Shown piece by piece: positions 57,072 to 64,000 of a stretch of 64,000 nucleotides of DNA; the stretch's first letter is position 1; every line of letters starts with the position of its first letter. The stretch lies in the NCBI GenBank assembly GCA_000146465.1, contig CP001948.1; one strand, given 5' to 3'. The position numbers and the translations under genes were made by a program. The notes beneath the pieces are model-generated. The model ran no database searches. It was not told the origin of the DNA and saw nothing but the letters and a program-made list of their open reading frames with translations.

Positions 57072-58589
57072 TTAGTCTCTTCCTCCCCCACACATTTCGC
57101 ATAAAGATGTATTTCTTTCATTGGCAAAGGTACAGGCCTTGCATTCCCATACAGTACATCTATATTTCTCCATACTCGACACAAAACTCCTAAAGTCCTG
57201 GCTATTGGAAATGGCCTTGAACTTGACCTTGTCTTGCTTGGCTATACACATGAAAAGATCCTTCCAATTGGGAAAGATCTCTTTCACTCTTACCAAAAGA
57301 GTAAAGTTCGAGAACTTCTCCATCGAAAAGTCTCCTCCAAAGTATTCGGCCATCTTCCTCTCCCCAAACTTCTTTGGAATAAACTCTGTATTCTTGAAGA
57401 GTGGATTTGTCTTACACCCATGTGTTAGCTTCACCAGGAAAAACTCTCCTGGGAGGTATGGGTTTGCCTTGACCATCGATTCCTTTGTCTTTGTTCTATA
57501 AAGAATATCCCTTGTTGTCAGGAGCATCAGGGGGTTTTCGGTGGGAAAGATCCAATCTCCCTTGAAAAGAGCCATGCACTGGTTACTTACTTGATACTCC
57601 TGCAGCCCGATATTTCCATCCTTTTCCACAGTAACAACAATGGTTGCAAATCTCGACCCAAACTCTATCTCCTGCTCTCCATCCCTAACCACATAAGGAT
57701 GCATAAGCTGCATCTTTGCTATAAATTCAATCTCCAGAGATGACAAGAAGTAGCTTCGACCAAGTTTGTCGCTTGTAATTCCTCCCTTCTCCATCAGAAT
57801 ATCTGTGTATATCATCCCAACTATTTCAAGGCCTGTTCCCAAAAAGGGCCCGTCCATGGACCCTGTTATCACGAATCCGTCTGGATAGTTTTCCTGTTCT
57901 GGCTCCCATATCCCAGACACCACAGCCTTTAGTCCCAGGGGAATCATCTCATGGTCCATGTATCTCCCGACAAGAAATCCAAATCTCTGCCGTCCACTCT
58001 CCCTCCAGTTCCTAATGAAGTTCTCTACCAAATGCTGCCCGTCAAACTCGACATGGTCAACCATTCGGAACACCTGTGGTGCCAGGATTATGTTTTTTTC
58101 TTGGCATCTATTGCACCTTGTATTGGACCCATGATCCGTGCACGTCTTGATGGTGTAGTCCTCGGCACTTAGTCCCTTATTCTTGCTTTTTATCATCTCA
58201 TGATATGACTGAAAGCTGAGATATTTGATCATGTTGTCTTTGTAATACTTCTCGTCCCATGGATCTAAGGGTGCACAGTTGCTACACATCGCATTAGAGT
58301 CATGCTGGCACATCATCCTATCCCTTTCTCTTTTGATGTTTTTGGAGGCTTCTGGATTCTTCTTTGGCTCCTCTTTCTTCTTCTCGTACTCTACATACAG
58401 CACCTGGCCATTCCTGAGCCCCAAGGCGGTCGGGGTTTGGGTCTTATCCATCTTGTCCTTGCCATCTGGAGTAGAGGATATTGATATCTGACCCACATTA
58501 AAGAAGGCAAGCAGCTGCGTCTCCAATATTCTGGATTCGTCCACTTCCACCCGTCTTTGGCCTTCTGGGCCTCGAACGATGAATATCAT
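57072..58589 (-). CDS. NPL4 (Cdc48/p97 cofactor)
   Basis: Ubiquitin-like N-terminus, zinc-finger and MPN-like core, and a C-terminal RanBP2/NZF zinc finger 'WECKACTFANERNTSLCEMCG'. Confidence 0.7.
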   Translation of the reverse strand: MIFIVRGPEGQRRVEVDESRILETQLLAFFNVGQISISSTPDGKDKMDKTQTPTALGLRNGQVLYVEYEKKKEEPKKNPEASKNIKRERDRMMCQHDSNAMCSNCAPLDPWDEKYYKDNMIKYLSFQSYHEMIKSKNKGLSAEDYTIKTCTDHGSNTRCNRCQEKNIILAPQVFRMVDHVEFDGQHLVENFIRNWRESGRQRFGFLVGRYMDHEMIPLGLKAVVSGIWEPEQENYPDGFVITGSMDGPFLGTGLEIVGMIYTDILMEKGGITSDKLGRSYFLSSLEIEFIAKMQLMHPYVVRDGEQEIEFGSRFATIVVTVEKDGNIGLQEYQVSNQCMALFKGDWIFPTENPLMLLTTRDILYRTKTKESMVKANPYLPGEFFLVKLTHGCKTNPLFKNTEFIPKKFGERKMAEYFGGDFSMEKFSNFTLLVRVKEIFPNWKDLFMCIAKQDKVKFKAISNSQDFRSFVSSMEKYRCTVWECKACTFANERNTSLCEMCGGGRD

Positions 58590-58641
58590 TACAGGGCTTC
58601 CTGGTCTTGTTTTTATTGATCATGGTTATGGCGAGCCCATC

Positions 58642-59238
58642 ATGCCAAAAAGAAAGGATCCATACAAGACACTTGGAGTAAAGTGGACATCCTCTGGGAC
58701 AGAAACAAAAGAGGCATACAGGAGATTACAAAGGCTGTACCATCCTGACAGCAAGACGGGAAATAAAGAAAAATATGAAGAGGTATGCAAAGCATATGAA
58801 GAGACTCTCAAGGATCCACCTGTAGAGATTGTTCCTATTAAAGATGTAGCGAGAATCTACAAGGGCTCACAAGAGGAGGTTGGAGATATCATTGCGTTGT
58901 ACAACAAATACAAAGGGAAGATGGGAAAGATTGTAGACAACCTTCTTCTGTCTGACGATGGGGATGAAGAGAGACTTCGAGGGATTATTGATGAACTGAT
59001 TGGGAACAGGACTCTCAAACAGTACTGTAGCTATAGCAAAAAGGTCAAGGAAGACCCGAAAAGAAGAAGAAGAAAAGCAGAAGAAGAGAGAATGGCTAGG
59101 CAGATTGCAGAGGAAATGGGGATTGATCTCGATGCTCCATTAGAAGATATCCTTGGAGGACATAGAAGAAGGGAAGAAAGGCTTCTTATCAGTCTTGAGG
59201 AAAGGTGTTTGGAGGGTCCTGGAAAAGAAGGAAGATAG
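58642..59238 (+). CDS. DNAJC9-like J-domain protein (histone H3-H4 chaperone family)
   Basis: J domain with canonical 'YHPD'. 'YKGSQEEVGDIIALYNKYKGKMGKIVDNLL' is colinear with DNAJC9 '[30 protein letters not shown]', followed by a basic 'KRRRRKAEEERMARQ' tail. Confidence 0.55.
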   Translation: MPKRKDPYKTLGVKWTSSGTETKEAYRRLQRLYHPDSKTGNKEKYEEVCKAYEETLKDPPVEIVPIKDVARIYKGSQEEVGDIIALYNKYKGKMGKIVDNLLLSDDGDEERLRGIIDELIGNRTLKQYCSYSKKVKEDPKRRRRKAEEERMARQIAEEMGIDLDAPLEDILGGHRRREERLLISLEERCLEGPGKEGR

Positions 59239-59287
59239 ACTTGAAATATGAAGAATAGATGTTTTGTTGACAAATAGATACCCTCTG

Positions 59288-60736
59288 ATGGAAAAAGAGA
59301 TCGATGACTTGTTCCTATATGGGAGTGTTAAGAAGGTTGGGAAAGACAGAATAAGGACCTTGGAGAAATGCATGGGAGACCTTCCAAAGATAAACCCAAA
59401 TCTTGAGCAGGTGTGGACGAAGTGTAAAGAGATTGATTCAAGCTTGGAGCTGTACAGTATCAAACTGGAGTCATTGGCAAGAGAAATGAAAGGGATAGAA
59501 AAGGAAAATACGAAGCTAGAGAACGAGATTCAGTATCAAACATCCATATATGAGCATCTGAAGGAACTCCTGATCAATGTGGAGATAAAGGAGGACCACT
59601 TTATAACGTTAGAGAGCGAGTCCTTTGACAGTATTGATGGGCTTTGCAGGATCGAGAAGGCACTGGAGGTGCTTGATGGATTCCATGTGGATGAGTATGA
59701 CATCAGGATAGTCCGAGAAAAGAAGGAAAGGATCAACGATGCACTGAGGGAATTCTACAAAAGGTTTATAACATATATGGGGAGTTTTATGGTTGACAGC
59801 GAAAGCAGCGGAGACCTGAAGGTTCACAAAGGTCTCTACGGGGCGATCAAGAGGTTCAAGAAGATATTCCAACACTCGAAGAGGTATAGAGATTACTATG
59901 TTGTTCTGTGCTCGATATACATGGCACGCTCGAAGAAGTTATATGAAAGGGAGTTTGGGTTCCACTTGAAGACAGTTCTCCGGCTACTGAAAGAGGATGT
60001 GACACAAGATAAGATGGACCGAATATTCGAGACTCTTTTTGAATCGTACCGCAGCATAGTGAAGTGTGAGGATAGATTTCTTAAGAGTATGGAGATCGAT
60101 GGGACATGCCAAGAGATCTTCCGAAACACAGGGCTCCTGATTGTAGGATTTGTCGAGGATGCATATGACATTGCAGATATCGAAGTATTGAATGGATTGG
60201 GGAAAATATGGAAGGAAGTTGAGCCAGATGAGGATGTATATGGATCTTTCCAGAAGGAGCTTAGAGAAGTATATGGAAGATTAGAGGAAGAGTATCTAAA
60301 GAAGAAGATGGGCAAGGGAGAGAATGGAGTTGGAAAGCTGGAAGAGATCCTCAGCAGGTCCAGCAATGAAGACCTGAAGAGAAAAGCAATAGTTATGGGA
60401 ACACAGAGAATTATGGAGGAGGAAGACAAGGGAGACTTGAGAAGAATAGTAAAGAGATGGAGGCTTCTAGACTACATGGGGAAGAAGTGTACCAAGGAGA
60501 TAGAAGAGGTTTTGGATGCAGAAAGAAAAACCGAATCTGAATTTGAAAAGAGCTGTGCAGATATGATTCTTGGTAGCGGAAAAACAGTCGACAATGTGAA
60601 GAAGGTACTATCTCTCATCAATGGAGAAAAGGGCTTCAAAACAAAGGTGATCAGGAAGATGAGGGAGATGGTTTCAAACGACGTTGAGGAGAAGGATGCA
60701 GAAGATGCAGACAAGCTGCTGAGAGAGGCAATGTAG
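59288..60736 (+). CDS. Hypothetical helical/coiled-coil protein; a tethering-complex-like architecture is possible
   Basis: N-terminal coiled coil and a long helical body. The track start is TTG and was moved to ATG at 59288. Confidence 0.25.
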   Translation: MEKEIDDLFLYGSVKKVGKDRIRTLEKCMGDLPKINPNLEQVWTKCKEIDSSLELYSIKLESLAREMKGIEKENTKLENEIQYQTSIYEHLKELLINVEIKEDHFITLESESFDSIDGLCRIEKALEVLDGFHVDEYDIRIVREKKERINDALREFYKRFITYMGSFMVDSESSGDLKVHKGLYGAIKRFKKIFQHSKRYRDYYVVLCSIYMARSKKLYEREFGFHLKTVLRLLKEDVTQDKMDRIFETLFESYRSIVKCEDRFLKSMEIDGTCQEIFRNTGLLIVGFVEDAYDIADIEVLNGLGKIWKEVEPDEDVYGSFQKELREVYGRLEEEYLKKKMGKGENGVGKLEEILSRSSNEDLKRKAIVMGTQRIMEEEDKGDLRRIVKRWRLLDYMGKKCTKEIEEVLDAERKTESEFEKSCADMILGSGKTVDNVKKVLSLINGEKGFKTKVIRKMREMVSNDVEEKDAEDADKLLREAM

Positions 60737-60814
60737 TCTGTGAAATCGGAAGGAGGCTATCTTTGTTTCCAACCGCAGTGAAATTAAACTTAATTGCAGG
60801 GACGGGGTTTAATG

Positions 60815-61795
60815 TCATTTTTTCCTTGAATATGCATACTTTAGTAAGTCATACACTCTGCATGAATATCCATACTCATTGTCGTACCAGCTGATGAGCT
60901 TGAAAAAATTGGGTCCTATCGAGATGCTCGCATTAATGTCAAACACCGAGCTTCTCGAGTCTCCAATGAAATCGGAGCTTACAACATCATCCTTTGTTGT
61001 TCCTATGATCCCTTCATTGCTTTCCGAGAACCTTTCGATGGCATCCACTATGGCCTCGATGGTTGTCTCTTTCCTTGTTCTGCAGACAAGGTCGACCACA
61101 CTAACATTTGCAACAGGGACCCTCATTGCCATTCCGTTCAATTTCCCGGCAAGAGAGGGAATTACCTTTCCCACGGAAGTTGCTGCACCCGTGCTTGCAG
61201 GGATTATATTGGCCAATCCTGACCTCCCGCTTCTCAGGCACTTTCCAACTCCATCAACAATCTTTTGTGTTGCTGTCACTGCATGAACTGTAGTCATCAG
61301 TCCCTCCACAATTCCAAAGTTGTCGTCGACAATCTTGGCAAGGGGTGCCAAGCAGTTGGTGGTACAGCTCGCATTGCTGATGATCCTTTGGGACACATAG
61401 TCTTGATGGTTGACTCCGTACACAAACATAGGTGCGTCCTTGCTTGGCGCAGTAATCACAACAATCTTGACGTCCTTATGGCCTTCGCAATCCTTCAGTG
61501 TTGTAAACACCCCACTGGCTTCGACAACTGCATCCACTCCATATTCCGTCCATGGGATCTTCTCAGGCCTATCAAAGGCAGACAAGCTTGTTTTTTTTCC
61601 TTTGTATAGGATCTTTCCTCCCTCAACCTTACACTCCTTGCATCTTCCAAAGACACTATCGTACTTCAAAAGGTATTCTGCCTGCTCCGGCTTCAAAAGA
61701 GGGTCATTCACAAGAGGCACCTCTACACCTTTCTCCCTTAGAATCCTGTATACCAACTTTCCTATCCTTCCTAATCCGTTTATTCCCACCTTCAT
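60815..61795 (-). CDS. GAPDH: Glyceraldehyde-3-phosphate dehydrogenase
   Basis: 'GINGLGRIGK', catalytic 'SNASCTTNCLAP' and 'WYDNEYGYS'. Confidence 0.9.
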   Translation of the reverse strand: MKVGINGLGRIGKLVYRILREKGVEVPLVNDPLLKPEQAEYLLKYDSVFGRCKECKVEGGKILYKGKKTSLSAFDRPEKIPWTEYGVDAVVEASGVFTTLKDCEGHKDVKIVVITAPSKDAPMFVYGVNHQDYVSQRIISNASCTTNCLAPLAKIVDDNFGIVEGLMTTVHAVTATQKIVDGVGKCLRSGRSGLANIIPASTGAATSVGKVIPSLAGKLNGMAMRVPVANVSVVDLVCRTRKETTIEAIVDAIERFSESNEGIIGTTKDDVVSSDFIGDSRSSVFDINASISIGPNFFKLISWYDNEYGYSCRVYDLLKYAYSRKK

Positions 61796-61976
61796 TTATA
61801 CGGCACATTGAATTTTGTTTAAATACCTTTTGACAGAAGTAACAAGGAAAGACCCAATTGCCGCCTGGAATCGATTGCAATGATAGCGGCTCATCCAATC
61901 ACCAGGTCTGCTCGATTATCGAGAATATACCGATGCATTCTGTAAACAAAAAAGAAAATACAGGCACCCAAGGAAA

Positions 61977-62996
61977 ATGATTTTGAATAGCCTATTCAAA
62001 AACTTCAAGAACATCAAAAGATATCAAAAGCCAATCAAAGCTATTCTCGTGGTTGTGCCTCTGCTTACCTTCAAAGTAAGCAAAGAGACCCATGTCTCCA
62101 CTAACGAGCCTGTTCAACATTATATAGATAGAAACATCGAACTCGAGAAGCCTTCAGACTCCACACCTCTTTTTACTTGTAACAGATTCATCCTCAATGA
62201 CCTTCCTCCAAGACGGACATTAAGGATTCAGGGACTTCCAGACCAAAAGGAAAACTACTATCCCATAATCTCAACTCTAAAGTCGATGGCCATAAAGAAT
62301 ATCAATGTGATCATCGACCTAAACCCTCCAGATGAGAAATGCATGTATCTGTTCGAAATAGACCTGAGGTTTGCCGGCAGCACATGCATGCTGATACATC
62401 CACTGAAGAACCACCAGCCCAACTCAGACTTCTTTCTTGTTGCTGGAGACTTCTTTCCCTCCAAAATGTCCTTCGACCCCATGGACATCCTTGTCACAAA
62501 CAAGCCGTCAAATCGCCTGCACATCTTGCTGAAAGGTACTCCCCGGAGTCTGAAAATGCTTATTTGCTTTATTAAGTCGATTTCGTTTATAAGGACCCAT
62601 CCATACGGAAGCTACTTCTATATCCCAGTAAGCCATGGATACATAGATATCACCATATTCATGCCTCTAGTGATTTGCGTGTTGGTTTACTACATACTTG
62701 ACTGGATTTGGACTCCCCACCATGTCTCTGTTCCAAGGATATTTCTAGGATCTCTTCTCTATTCGTTCTTTCCTATTTCATTTCTGTTCTTCACAAGGAA
62801 AAACGAGTTTCTTTGTCTTTCAACGATCTTCATGGTCCTGAACCCAAAAATAGGCCTGGCGTACATTGGGATATGCTACCTAAGAATGGTGTACGATACC
62901 TTCTCCATTGCCATACAGATGCTGAAGTCATCAAGAATGTCCCCAATGGATGAAAGATCTTTTATAAATTACAAAGCTAAACACAAGGTAGAATAA
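61977..62996 (+). CDS. Hypothetical membrane protein
   Basis: An ATG-initiated 339-aa ORF with C-terminal transmembrane helices. Confidence 0.3.
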   Translation: MILNSLFKNFKNIKRYQKPIKAILVVVPLLTFKVSKETHVSTNEPVQHYIDRNIELEKPSDSTPLFTCNRFILNDLPPRRTLRIQGLPDQKENYYPIISTLKSMAIKNINVIIDLNPPDEKCMYLFEIDLRFAGSTCMLIHPLKNHQPNSDFFLVAGDFFPSKMSFDPMDILVTNKPSNRLHILLKGTPRSLKMLICFIKSISFIRTHPYGSYFYIPVSHGYIDITIFMPLVICVLVYYILDWIWTPHHVSVPRIFLGSLLYSFFPISFLFFTRKNEFLCLSTIFMVLNPKIGLAYIGICYLRMVYDTFSIAIQMLKSSRMSPMDERSFINYKAKHKVE

Positions 62997-63003
62997 ATGT
63001 CCT

Positions 63004-63804
63004 TTAATTAGCCATGACCATGGATTGCTCCTTGATCGCAAAGTCGGCTCCGAAGGAAACATGCAGGATATCCTTGAATGAGTTTCGGATGTTGTATGGC
63101 ATACTGGCTTGAGTAATGATTTCGGCACCAAGGCTTATTGCTGCTATGCTGCTTATTGCACTTCTCAAGGATGAGACGATGTCTTCCGTTCCGATGTCGA
63201 TGAGAGATGAATCATAAATCACTCCATCCTCGTAGACCTGGTGCATCACCATCTTGTAACTGAATGGCTTGATGTTGAGCATTCCAAGGAGGTTGGCCTG
63301 TGAAGGCCCCACCTTATCTCCTACAGAAAGAACCTTGTATGGAGAGATGATCTCCACCTTACCCTTTGTGATCTTGGTTGCTATTCCAAGAACCTGGAAG
63401 TATGATGTCTTGTCTGGAGTCATTCCTGTGATGCAGTTTTCCACCCATACGTCTTTCTGTGCAATGTTTCCAACCTTGGCACACGCTTCTCTGACGTTAT
63501 CGTCAATGGCCTTCTTGACATCCCTAACGTCTCCCTTGAAAAACACAAAGCAGACGTCTCCCTTGATGAGCTCAAGGATACTTGACAGCTTGGGATTTTC
63601 AAGACTTGCTACTGCACGCTTGATTGCCGAGTTCTTTCCCATGAGAAATTCAACATCCTCTCCCCAACCCTTCTTGATGTTCTTGAGCTGAGTCGACTCC
63701 ACATTCTCGATTCCCACAAGAGCAAACCTGGTGTAGGTTCCAAAGAGCCTCCTAGCCTTCTCATATACCTGTTCCTTCCTTTCCTTGGAGTCCTTTCTAG
63801 TCAT
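63004..63804 (-). CDS. RPLP0: 60S ribosomal protein P0 (uL10), without the acidic C-terminal tail
   Basis: Colinear with P0 ('…[18 protein letters not shown]…[22 protein letters not shown]…[19 protein letters not shown]…'). The ORF ends '…[14 protein letters not shown]' with no 'EESDDDMGFGLFD'-type tail. The track start is TTG and was moved to ATG. Confidence 0.75.
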   Translation of the reverse strand: MTRKDSKERKEQVYEKARRLFGTYTRFALVGIENVESTQLKNIKKGWGEDVEFLMGKNSAIKRAVASLENPKLSSILELIKGDVCFVFFKGDVRDVKKAIDDNVREACAKVGNIAQKDVWVENCITGMTPDKTSYFQVLGIATKITKGKVEIISPYKVLSVGDKVGPSQANLLGMLNIKPFSYKMVMHQVYEDGVIYDSSLIDIGTEDIVSSLRSAISSIAAISLGAEIITQASMPYNIRNSFKDILHVSFGADFAIKEQSMVMAN

Positions 63805-64000
63805 TCCAGGGTGAAAAAATTTCTCTCTTTTGGACTCCGGCATACCCAAAGAGCTCTGGCCAGTCTGGTGGAGCCCTATCAAGAGAAGTTCTGATTTGAA
63901 GGTCATTCCAGCCACCCTCTGAATGGACGGGGTGGTCAGAAGGATTTCCAACCGGCTTGGAACAATGCCAAAGGAAACAACAGAAATGATTTCCCAAGCA

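Overview
This 64 kb window reads as a highly compacted, nearly intron-free eukaryotic nuclear segment. It looks microsporidian, or from a similarly reduced fungal-allied parasite. There are about 50 genes on both strands, roughly one per 1.3 kb. Spacers are often under 60 bp and several 5' ends nearly touch. Many proteins are shortened, for example separase at 787 aa and SMC4 at about 1110 aa. A GC-rich CCC/GGG motif sits just upstream of many start codons. No rRNA, tRNA, CRISPR array, transposon or long repeat could be supported.

Recognisable content falls into these groups:
- Chromosome and genome maintenance: SMC6, an ERCC1/EME1-like ERCC4-(HhH)2 protein, a BRCA2-like protein with one BRC repeat, an MCM8/9-family helicase, RAD50, a Mis12-like protein, SMC4, separase, Aurora kinase, the histone-binding protein RbAp48 and a DNAJC9-like histone chaperone.
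- RNA and protein machinery: an NSUN rRNA m5C methyltransferase, a U2AF65/PUF60-like splicing factor, Snu13, a REX exonuclease, a PUF-repeat protein, ribosomal protein P0, Tpa1/OGFOD1, Rpn6, Cdc37, a type-I DnaJ, NPL4, SUMO, a USP deubiquitinase and a RING E3.
- Membrane and transport: the C-terminal part of a GPI ethanolamine-phosphate transferase, an OSCA/TMEM63 channel, an ABCG transporter, an aquaporin, Sec62, GOLPH3, GPN3, a PKA-like kinase, GAPDH and an adrenodoxin-type ferredoxin.

The most interesting observation is a canonical but extremely short intron (GTAAGG…TTTTAG, 24 nt) that splits a DUF167/YggU-like gene; the six-frame ORF track does not model it. Other notable points are a concentration of homologous-recombination and chromosome-structure genes, a J-domain with HLD in place of HPD, an aquaporin with NPA/NPG and no ar/R arginine, and a SUMO gene in frame behind another ORF with a single stop between them.

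Caveats: the ORF track uses non-ATG starts (TTG/GTG), so several starts were moved to the first plausible ATG. My base-level reading of the sequence has occasional ±1 nt uncertainty.
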